In this document: piece by piece, positions 8,701 through 15,461 of the stretch | Numbering within the stretch: the stretch's first letter is position 1 | Layout: every line of letters begins with the position of its first letter | NCBI GenBank assembly: GCA_963711565.1 | Contig: CAVQEQ010000003.1 | Span: 288,001-352,000, forward strand | Length of the DNA: 64,000 nt | Reading direction: 5' to 3' | Source of the DNA: an uncultured delta proteobacterium | GTDB taxonomy: Bacteria; Desulfobacterota; Binatia; Binatales; Binataceae | Notes under the pieces: generated by a model | Seen by the model: the letters and a program-made list of their open reading frames with translations, nothing else | Database searches by the model: none | Told to the model about the DNA's origin: nothing | Position numbers and translations under genes: made by a program

Positions 8701-9840
8701 CAGGGTGCGGTTACGTTCGAACAGGCCGCCATTGTAGGGTGGCAAACCAATTGAGCTGTCGCCCTTGTCGATCGCGCGACAGAGATCGTCGAGGACAGAC
8801 CAATAGCGCGCAGCCGTGTCCGAGAAGGTGTCGTTGCGGTCTTTGCGCTGCCCGATATCGCCGCGCACCTTCTCGCGCAAGCCGTAATCGGCATAGCGGC
8901 TGTCGCGCACGGGTAAGAGATCTCTGTCCTCGGCGTAGAGGATGAAGAGAAGACGGTAAAGCAGGACGAGTGCCGCGTTCCGCACATCCTCCAACGGTGC
9001 ATCGGGCGCAGCGGCGGCGATAGCGTGGGCTAGCTGCGGGAACACCTCGCCGAAGACCAGTTTGGAGAGGTTGGCCGCGACGCGTTCTTCATAGAAGCGG
9101 CCTTCTTCGAGGGCACGCTGGTGGAAGGTGCGCGCATCGCTCGGAGTGCCAAGAAAAGAGTCGCAGCGGAAGATGAGTACAAAGACGCGCAGCCAATGCC
9201 GGCGCTCCGCGTCGGTCAAAGCAAAGAGCTCGCCGTCGCGGCCCGCGATTTCAAGAATGGTGACGAGGTCGATCTCGAAGAACTGCTCGGCGACGGAGCG
9301 GGCGCCTTGATAGTAGAGGCGCCATCGGCCGCCGTTGGTGAGCATGCCCCATCGCAGCTTTCCGCTAGTAAGGTCGTCGATGCGGCGCAGATAGCGCAAC
9401 ATCTGGGTCGAGGGGGCAGTTTCTTCGCCGCGCCGTCCCGATCGGCGATCAAGCGGGCGTTTCCATCGCTTGGATTCTACAACGGCGAGACCGAACTCGA
9501 AGCGCCGCCATTCGTCCGGTGTGAGGTTGGCCTGTGCTTTGGCAGCGGCGTCCTTGAAGAGGAGGCCGTCGGGCACGTCCTCGCGACCTCTGGGCGTGAG
9601 GTTCTGTTGGCGAAGGCTGGCCGTCCATCCAAGGATTTCGAGGATTGGCCAGATGAGATCGTCCTCGGTCTGGCTCTCGTTGGGCGACTGATGGGTTGGA
9701 AAGCGGGCAAAGACTTCGCGAAAGCGGACAGCGAGAACATCAAGCGCGGCATCATCAATGCCGGACCAGTCCGAAAGTCGGGCAATCGACTCGGTCAGAA
9801 AATCGCTCGAAAAAAGGCTGCCGTGATATGTGTCTTGCAT
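5734..9840 (-). CDS. Type IIG (Eco57I-like) restriction endonuclease-N6-adenine methyltransferase fusion
   Basis: N-terminal VPDG...VVESK nuclease motif; GSYYTP; motif I DPAMGSGHF; motif IV GNPPW; C-terminal TRD-like region. Start moved to ATG 9840 (AGGA RBS). Confidence 0.88.
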   Translation of the reverse strand: MQDTYHGSLFSSDFLTESIARLSDWSGIDDAALDVLAVRFREVFARFPTHQSPNESQTEDDLIWPILEILGWTASLRQQNLTPRGREDVPDGLLFKDAAAKAQANLTPDEWRRFEFGLAVVESKRWKRPLDRRSGRRGEETAPSTQMLRYLRRIDDLTSGKLRWGMLTNGGRWRLYYQGARSVAEQFFEIDLVTILEIAGRDGELFALTDAERRHWLRVFVLIFRCDSFLGTPSDARTFHQRALEEGRFYEERVAANLSKLVFGEVFPQLAHAIAAAAPDAPLEDVRNAALVLLYRLLFILYAEDRDLLPVRDSRYADYGLREKVRGDIGQRKDRNDTFSDTAARYWSVLDDLCRAIDKGDSSIGLPPYNGGLFERNRTLLLTRVRLDDAVMANVIDALSFDKTPEGRRYINYRDLSVQQLGSIYEQLLEHEVTRDGQTIAIRPNVFARKGSGSYYTPEDLVSLIIRETIGPLVLQRMESFRALATDQATSTKPEDERLGALKRIDPAEKFLDLKICDPAMGSGHFLVTLVDYLTDQVITAMAEAEAMVSWGHYISPLSDRIEIIRNTILGNAEQRGWTVDPAQLDDRHIIRRMVLKRCIYGVDKNMMAVELAKVSLWLHTFTVGAPLSFLDHHLRCGDSLFGLWIRRGLDKTAIFDAALFLHEPMTRALRAASSMQIIEGLTDAEIAEAHRSADVFAEVQEMTAPLDALLCLLHALDWLQLNTRDNRVVLKSYFSGVYGDPVQIAMGKLDPLAKIYQSETTKAEASRLTEILGQVRELVAEERFLNWQVAFPGVWSDWQSATLSGGFDAIVGNPPWDRMKLQQVEWFAIRRREIALAQRADDRKRMVAALERAGDPLAGAYAKAEERAEAGVRMARTAGDYPLLSGGDVNLYSLFVERAMQLVKPDGIAGLLTPSGIASDKTAAPFFKGVSTGGHLKALYDFENRRTRFNARPFFPDVDSRFKFCVSVASPSRTFDTTRCAFFLQDVSELQNPERCFPLTPEDFARVNPNTGTAPIFRTRRDAALTTAIYGRLPVIVDRTDDAEVKAWPVRYATMFHMTNDSNLFRTRQELEETEGAYPIGGNRFGSPSGEWVPLYVGRMIHQFDHRAASVVVNEENVHNAAVSGEVTAAQKADPAFLSTPQYWVPSSKLVFPDELDWTVCFRDIARATDVRTIIAAIAPRAGYGNKLPLLLPTDAAAYRQAAPTIVANLNALALDFVARSKIHSTSVNWYLAEQLPVVPLNRYTSARFGAKTAEQIVRDAVLELTYTAHDMAPFARDMGYVDETGTVKTPFIWDDERRLNLRAKLDAVYFHLYGITDRDDVRYIYSTFPIVEREENAAHGRYLSRDLCLAWMSALAAGNPDAEIEL

Positions 9841-10145
9841 CGTTCCTGGGCTATGGTGGAAGTTACGGTTGAGTAGGTTCGTCGAAGGGCGAGTTGATGA
9901 TTGGGTTCTCGATAACAACTTGACTCATAGTGTTCGGACCCCTTGCATGCCCGGTCTTTTGCTCATCGGTTGCTCAATGCACCACGAAACGCCATGAAGC
10001 GATAAATGGCAAGATGGGATGTTACCAGCCCAATCGGAAGTTTTCCTTCACATCCGCATGGTGGTTACGAGTCCCCCTTCCGTGGCTCTCCCGGCAGCAG
10101 CGCGAAAAGCCGCTCGGATAGCCGACAAGGTTGACGTCCGCTGCG

Positions 10146-10949
10146 TCAAGGTCGCGTCCGAACGCGCGCAGCGTCCAGCCTTTTGTGAATCATCGAGAGG
10201 AGGGTCAGCACCTCTTCGGCGTCTTCTCTGTTCAAAACCCAATTGATCTTGGGCGCGTGCGCTGTGGTGTTGCGAAACATGCCGAACGTGCCCTTGGCAA
10301 GATTCGCAAAGCCGCGCTGTTCGGACTTCTCGCTTTCGGTGCTCAGGGCGTTGATTGCGACAATTGGCGAATCGCCTCCCAAGGCTCGGTCAACAAGCGC
10401 AGCTCCATCGTCCGTCAACCCGGATCGAGCGCGTAACTTGTCGGCAACGCTCTTTGCCGCTTCCAGCACGGCATGGAAGTAATTGTTGACCAGCAATTCT
10501 TCCCGACAAAATCGAAGCACATCAGGGTGGACCTTCCGTATCTCCAGGTCCGTTCGCAATTCAGCGGCACGACGTTGGGCCTCGGTCAGTGTGCGAGCCT
10601 GCTCGACCTCATCCAGCTCGCCGCTGGCCTTTACGGCCAGTCCGGCGAATGCGAGAGCGCGATTAAGATTCGCCCGCATGGGCTCGTATCGCTCAGGCGA
10701 GCGCGCGTACAGCTCCGGCCGCATCGATTTCCGGATGAACGCAAGAATGCCAAGCCGGTCCTGACGCGCGTTCTGGCTGTGCGCGAAAGCATTATAGAGG
10801 CGATGGCGCTTCGTCATTTCGGATGACGGGTCAGACATCTTGTTGGTGGCGAGAAGGTGTCCGATTTCAGAGCCTGTCAGTCCCTCGGATGTGTCGCCCA
10901 ACGCATCGGCAATTGCCTGGAGCTGGCTTTGTGTGAAGACCTTCGGCAC
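10146..10949 (-). CDS. TIGR02391 (Ymh)-family protein with AbiJ-type N-terminus and HEPN-like RxxxxH motif
   Basis: N-terminal LGDTSEGLTGSEIGHLL...TKRHRLYNAF; C-terminal YFHAVLEAAKS...FGMFRNTTAH. Confidence 0.8.
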   Translation of the reverse strand: MPKVFTQSQLQAIADALGDTSEGLTGSEIGHLLATNKMSDPSSEMTKRHRLYNAFAHSQNARQDRLGILAFIRKSMRPELYARSPERYEPMRANLNRALAFAGLAVKASGELDEVEQARTLTEAQRRAAELRTDLEIRKVHPDVLRFCREELLVNNYFHAVLEAAKSVADKLRARSGLTDDGAALVDRALGGDSPIVAINALSTESEKSEQRGFANLAKGTFGMFRNTTAHAPKINWVLNREDAEEVLTLLSMIHKRLDAARVRTRP

Positions 10950-11156
10950 TGGTATGGCTCCTTAGCATTTACGTTCGATTGCCGCACCAGTCGCCGGAAG
11001 TGTGCCGATTCGCCGCCTCGCGCAATACGTTCACGAGAGCCGCGGCCTGAGGCTGCGACAACCTTGTGGAAATTTCCACAAGGTTATCCCTCTCGCCCTG
11101 CCGCATGCTGGCAATGCTTGTCGTTCCGGTTCGCTCCGCGTACAAGAGCTGGGCTC

Positions 11157-11513
11157 CTAGACCTGATGTTCGCGACGGGGCCGGTCCAGTGAGGGGCCGG
11201 TTTCCACGCCGGCGATGCCGGAGAGCACGACGGGATCGCGGTCGGGAAATTCAGCGATAAGGGACAGGCTGCCGCCCATAGCCTCAACGCTTTTTCGCAG
11301 GGTTGAAAGGAGAAGGTCTGTGCGCTTCTCGAGGCGCGAAACGCCGTCCTGGCTGATGCGAAGAACCTTTGCCATGCGTACCTGGGTGAGCTTGCGGGCT
11401 TGCCGGAGCTCCTGCAGGGTCATCTCTTCAGCAACGAGCTGAGCGGTACGCGCCTGAACCTTCTTGCGACGGTCTGGGCTGAGTTCCCTCATTCTCTGTT
11501 TTAGCGTGCTCAT
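11157..11513 (-). CDS. XRE-family HTH antitoxin (HigA-like)
   Basis: LQELRQARKLTQVRMAKVLRISQDGVSRLEKRTDLLLSTL; lies directly downstream of the toxin. Confidence 0.88.
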   Translation of the reverse strand: MSTLKQRMRELSPDRRKKVQARTAQLVAEEMTLQELRQARKLTQVRMAKVLRISQDGVSRLEKRTDLLLSTLRKSVEAMGGSLSLIAEFPDRDPVVLSGIAGVETGPSLDRPRREHQV

Positions 11514-11515
11514 GA

Positions 11516-11890
11516 TTATTTCCTCTCCTTGGGTTTTTTCTTTTTCGTGCGCTCAACGTGAGCGTCAAAGCGAGCATCGGCTTTATCGATCAATTGCCGG
11601 TAGAAACGCTTTTCGCTGCCTCCTGATTTGTCGCCGCCGCATAGGACGATTCCGTGCCGGTTGGGATCGAAAGCGAAAGCAAAACGCCAGACACCATCGG
11701 CAGCGTCAAACCTCAATTCTTTCATATTGGCGTGGCGTGATCCCTTAAGCGTATCCACGCGGGGGCGACCGAGCTGCGGACCGAACTGCTCAAGCAATCT
11801 GAGGTGCGCGAGCAGCTCGTCCTGGACCGCCTCGGCCAGTTCCTCGTATTCCGGGTCAAACGCCGGATGAAAATCAATCTCCCAGGTCAC
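11516..11890 (-). CDS. RelE/HigB-like (Gp49-type) toxin
   Basis: GPQLGRPRVDTLKGSRHANMKELR...WRFAFAFDP...GGDKSG; toxin-first gene order. Confidence 0.88.
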   Translation of the reverse strand: MTWEIDFHPAFDPEYEELAEAVQDELLAHLRLLEQFGPQLGRPRVDTLKGSRHANMKELRFDAADGVWRFAFAFDPNRHGIVLCGGDKSGGSEKRFYRQLIDKADARFDAHVERTKKKKPKERK

Positions 11891-11896
11891 ATCTGA

Positions 11897-11925
11897 AGTA
11901 TGCCTTAGAATACATATGTTGTCAA
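11897..11925 (-). promoter_or_regulatory. Sigma-70 promoter of the higBA-like operon (leaderless) with TATG...CATA operator
   Basis: TTGACA-17 nt-CATACT, ending 6 nt before the GTG start. Confidence 0.7.
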
Positions 11926-12378
11926 GAACATTATAGATTCAGGAGGAAGTTTGTCCAGGCGATGAGTACCAACGAGGCCGTGGCCGAATGGACACCTGAG
12001 CGTTTTCAAGGGCTTCGCTTAATTAAGGACGCGAAGCGGCGAGCCTACCGATTGAAACGGTGAGCGCTTGAAGGGAGCGGCGCGCTCGACAGGAGCCGGC
12101 GCCGCGAGGTGCGACGCGCGTGAGGGCTCTCCCCTGCCCGCCCTGTTCGAGCGCTGGGGTTACCTATGGACGTCTCGGGTCGTTAGGCTTCGTCGCCGTC
12201 TGGGACTGCGTAGTTCAGACGCAGGCAGAAAAATAATGCGGGCGCCCTGTGGCGCTGAAAGGAAGTGGCGGGTTGGCGGGCATGTGCCGCCCATCAAGTG
12301 TCTGAGGTGGGGATGGTTCCATACTTGGGCGCCGGGGCAGGCGCATGGTGTCCCGCGGGTTCCCGGCTCAAGAGATAA

Positions 12379-12736
12379 TGGTGCGGGCGGAGGGACTTGA
12401 ACCCTCACGAGCTGTTAGGCTCCACGGATTTTCATACCGTCTACGGCTTTCGCCGCCCGGACGCGGCGCTTTGAAGCGCGTGCGCCAGGTTTGCGGTCTG
12501 GACTATCCCTTCACCGTCCCCCGGAAGATCCGGGGCTTAGGTGCTGCCCGTCTAGTCTCTACACCTTCCTGGTCGGAATGCTGGATGCGCAACACCATGG
12601 AGCATGCCTTTCAGGCTTGGCTCGGGATTGCCATTTCAGGTTTCCCCGAATTTGGGCAGTTCTGCATCGCCAGTTTCCCAGGCGAGCACTCAAGTTTCCT
12701 TAAGTCCGTTGCGTATGCCGTTTCCGCCACGCCCGC
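12379..12736 (-). tRNA. Island-borne tRNA-Leu(UAA) interrupted by a group I intron (exons 12736-12702 and 12432-12379)
   Basis: 5' exon GCGGGCGTGGCGGAAACGGCATACGCAACGGACTT; 3' exon AAAATCCGTGGAGCCTAACAGCTCGTGAGGGTTCAAGTCCCTCCGCCCGCACCA. Acceptor stem GCGGGCG/CGCCCGC, anticodon stem ACGGA/TCCGT, spliced loop CTTAAAA, long variable arm, encoded CCA. Confidence 0.95.
12433..12701 (-). ncRNA. Group I self-splicing intron (IC3-like), 269 nt, inserted after U34
   Basis: P1 guide TTGAGT pairing with exon ACTT/AA (U-G at the splice site); P AAATTCGGGGAA; Q AATCCCGAGC; R GTAGAGACTA; S AAGGGATAGTCC; terminal omega-G (TATG). Confidence 0.93.
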
Positions 12737-12786
12737 GTGGCTGGTCATCCAGAGCTAACTAGCACACAGGGCAGCGCGATGTAACG

Positions 12787-14052
12787 TCAGTCTGGTGGTG
12801 ACTTGTCGGACGGGTTCTTCTTCTTTTTTGGCTTTGGCCTCATGATGTTGATGGCGGCGGCGTCGAGCTGGGTCTTGATATGGGCGGCGTAGTACTTCTC
12901 GATCATCTCGACGCTGGTGCGGCAGTTTTTGGCGATCTGGTAGATGTCAGCGCCTTCCATCAGGCGCAGACAGATATATGTGTGCCGGAGGCTGTAGGCC
13001 GTTCGAGGGCGGCCTTCGCGATCGAATCTGAGGTTTTCCTCGTCGAGGATGGCCTTGAACAGCTCGCGCTGCCACTTGGGGAAGATGAGATCTGTCGGCC
13101 CCGGAAGGCGCAAGTCTCCGGAGCCATTCGCAGTGGAGTTTGCTCCGTTGTCGTCTCTGGTTGCGTGGTCCGCGCGCGCCGGACGGAGTCTGGCCTTCAA
13201 TCTCTCGAAGGGGCGCACGGCTCCGCTCATGCTCTTGCAGTAGCCGACGCCGCGCTTTCCGCGCACCTCGATTTCAAGGATGGTTTGACCGCTCGCTTCG
13301 TCTTCAACGATTGTGACGTCCCGGAATTGAAGGCGCCACGCTTCATCGGGCCGAAGGCCGGTGTTCGCTGCGAAAAGAACATAGTCGTGAAGCTGTTCCG
13401 ATTCCCATTTGAAGCGCGTCGCCTTCGGCTCGTGCGCGCGCTTGCGGGTGGCTTCGTAGAGCTTTTTGTATTCTTCAGGAGAGAACCAGGCGCGGTGCGA
13501 GATTTTTGGAGATGACCTGTAAGGCTCGGAAAGGTCCGGCATACGGTCGAGCCATCCGTTGCGGATGGCGGCTTTCAATGTCTGCCGGAGTGTCACTATC
13601 TCCTGATGCATGGTGTTGCGGGCCGGCGGCTTCCCGCGCTTGGCCGTCGTCTCTTCGAGGCGATGAATCCGGTATTCCTGGACTTTGCCGGCGGTAATTT
13701 CCGAAAGGCCCAAGGGGCCGAAGAACGGCACGAGGTGCACGCGCGACCGCCAGTGCTGGCAGTTGACGTAGACCTTGCTGCGCTCGCCCTGCGTGATGAG
13801 GTCGTATTCGCGCAAGAACTGCTCCGAGGCTTCGCTGAAGGTCTTTTCTGTTTTGATTTCGCCGTTGCGGAGCTTGCCGCGAAGCTGCAGATACCAGTCC
13901 TCCGCGATCTCTTTGGCTCTCGACAGGCTGTCTTCCTTCGTGGTTGTCCGTCGATTTTTCCCGCCGAGGTAGGTGGAACATTGCCAACTGCTGCTGTTCG
14001 GGCGTTTGTAAACGTGAACCTTGCCGCCCAAGACCGTGTGGTGTTCTGTCAC
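12787..14052 (-). CDS. Tyrosine recombinase / phage-type integrase
   Basis: TGLRPDE (R), GKRG (K), YSLRH, IEKYY (Y); N-terminal arm-binding-like domain. Start moved to GTG 14052 after a GGAGG RBS. Confidence 0.92.
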   Translation of the reverse strand: MTEHHTVLGGKVHVYKRPNSSSWQCSTYLGGKNRRTTTKEDSLSRAKEIAEDWYLQLRGKLRNGEIKTEKTFSEASEQFLREYDLITQGERSKVYVNCQHWRSRVHLVPFFGPLGLSEITAGKVQEYRIHRLEETTAKRGKPPARNTMHQEIVTLRQTLKAAIRNGWLDRMPDLSEPYRSSPKISHRAWFSPEEYKKLYEATRKRAHEPKATRFKWESEQLHDYVLFAANTGLRPDEAWRLQFRDVTIVEDEASGQTILEIEVRGKRGVGYCKSMSGAVRPFERLKARLRPARADHATRDDNGANSTANGSGDLRLPGPTDLIFPKWQRELFKAILDEENLRFDREGRPRTAYSLRHTYICLRLMEGADIYQIAKNCRTSVEMIEKYYAAHIKTQLDAAAINIMRPKPKKKKNPSDKSPPD

Positions 14053-14088
14053 AGAAGTACGCCTCCGCACTCCCTCAAAAGTAGCAAA

Positions 14089-14192
14089 ATGTGTAAGGGC
14101 TGTGCAACTCGACCGAAACCATTTGATTTACCAAAAATCTTTTATTTCAAAGCTTTATTTGCAAATCCGGTAAACTATTTTACGATTTTAAG
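14089..14192. other. Attachment-site arm: AT-rich, TGTG(T/C)AA direct repeats, IHF-like sites, core at the anticodon loop CTTAAAA
   Basis: tgtgtaa and tgtgcaa at 14090-14107; near matches to WATCAANNNNTTR between 14117 and 14160; tRNA similarity ends at 14184. Confidence 0.55.
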
Positions 14193-14223
14193 TCCTCTGC
14201 GTATGCCATTTCGCCACCCCGGC
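14184..14223 (-). pseudogene. 5' half of the host tRNA-Leu(UAA), split by island insertion
   Basis: GCCGGGGTGGCGAAATGGCATACGCAGAGGACTTAAAATC, then diverges to GTAAAATAG. Anticodon stem GAGGA cannot pair, and there is no T arm or acceptor 3' strand. TATGAT -10-like box upstream at 14254-14249. Confidence 0.88.
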
Positions 14224-14344
14224 CTGTAAGTTCGCGCAGGATCGTTAAATCATAAACACGGCTGCGCGCGAAGATAGCGGGTCAGATCGGTCGCGCAGGG
14301 CCCTGCCGCGATTCGCAGCGACTTACGATCGTACATTCTGTCTC

Positions 14345-14878
14345 GTGCGCGATGCATATATGCTCGATGCCTTGTCGCACAAACGCTTCATGGCCGCGGT
14401 GCTATCGGCGCTGATCGTGTCGGGCTGCTCACTGTACCGCAGCTATGAAGCCTCGAGGCCTGAGACCGTTCGGAAAACCGAGGCGATGCTCTCCGACGCG
14501 GGCTTTACCACGATCAAACTCGACACGTCCGACAAAGTCGGTCTGGTCGAAGAGCTCCCACCGCACGAGATTCGCAGCTATGCGGCTCAATCCGGTACGG
14601 TCTACTGGTATTACGATCCCAGCATTTGCGAATGCGTGTACGAGGGCCATCAAAGCGACTTCGATCGCTACCAGATGGCATTGACGCATGAAAACGACGC
14701 CGCGCAGTATGTCGCCCAATCGGATGACGACCAGGTCGCCTCGTTGAACGCCTTGAACGGCGTATTTTTTCCTCCACCGACTAGCTGGATTGGTGGATAC
14801 GCTCCCATTCCGCACTCAGGCGGCGGGTACCCCGGAGGCGGCGGCTCGCACTGGGGCGGGCATCATGGCCGCCATTAG
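14345..14878 (+). CDS. Hypothetical lipoprotein
   Basis: Signal peptide with lipobox-like LIVSGC; Gly/His-rich tail; start uncertain. Confidence 0.7.
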   Translation: MRDAYMLDALSHKRFMAAVLSALIVSGCSLYRSYEASRPETVRKTEAMLSDAGFTTIKLDTSDKVGLVEELPPHEIRSYAAQSGTVYWYYDPSICECVYEGHQSDFDRYQMALTHENDAAQYVAQSDDDQVASLNALNGVFFPPPTSWIGGYAPIPHSGGGYPGGGGSHWGGHHGRH

Positions 14879-14976
14879 CGCGCGGAGTAGTCGCTCTATC
14901 TTGAAGCGGAGCATGCGCAACGTGTTTCAGATTCTGAAGTAGGCGGACGCTGAATCTGAAAACGATTTGCTCCGTA

Positions 14977-15387
14977 TCAACCGGGATTGCGCGGGAATGT
15001 AGCCACGCCCGGGAAATGCGGCGCCCACTTCGGCGCGCTGGCGACGAAGATGCTCGCGGTGGGCTGAAACTGATTCGGATCGTCCAGGCTGCTGGCCTTG
15101 ATCGCCGTGAATGGCATCCCCGAGAGGAGGCTCATGATCGGTGAGCCGCAATTGGCGCAGAATGCTCGGCTAACCTTGTTGCCGCTGTCGCCCTTCACCT
15201 CGTAGTGCTTGAGCTCGCCCTTGGTCAGCTTGAACGCCTCTTTCGGCACCAGCAGGACTGGCGCGAACGCGCTGCCGGTCGAGCGCTGGCAATCGCGGCA
15301 GTAGCAGCTCGCCTGCATGACGGCGTCAGCCGTGGACTCGTAGCGAACAGCACCGCACATACATCCGCCGACAATTTTTCCTGCCAT
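14977..15387 (-). CDS. GFA (CENP-V) family Zn-binding protein
   Basis: GGCMCGAVRY, CYCRDCQR, RAFCANCGSP. Confidence 0.9.
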   Translation of the reverse strand: MAGKIVGGCMCGAVRYESTADAVMQASCYCRDCQRSTGSAFAPVLLVPKEAFKLTKGELKHYEVKGDSGNKVSRAFCANCGSPIMSLLSGMPFTAIKASSLDDPNQFQPTASIFVASAPKWAPHFPGVATFPRNPG

Positions 15388-15461
15388 TGCATATCCTCCC
15401 GTTCGCGCGTCAGCGCGTGTTCATCATTCTGCTTCCGCCGAAATTGATCAACCGCCGAATG

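Larger units (their letters stand above)
1..14192. mobile_element. Integrative genomic/defence island, right part; left end lies outside the window
   Basis: Integrase next to a truncated tRNA-Leu; RM, TA and HEPN cargo; all island genes on the minus strand; ordinary host-type genes begin at 14345. Confidence 0.85.

Noticed and set aside
12160-12378. HDV-like (theta) or hammerhead ribozyme after the tRNA 3' end
   Set aside because: Could not build the nested pseudoknot directly after CCA, and no CUGANGA/GAAA core was found
12345-12758. 137-aa ORF across the tRNA (possible homing endonuclease)
   Set aside because: Antisense to the tRNA and intron; no LAGLIDADG, HNH or GIY-YIG motif
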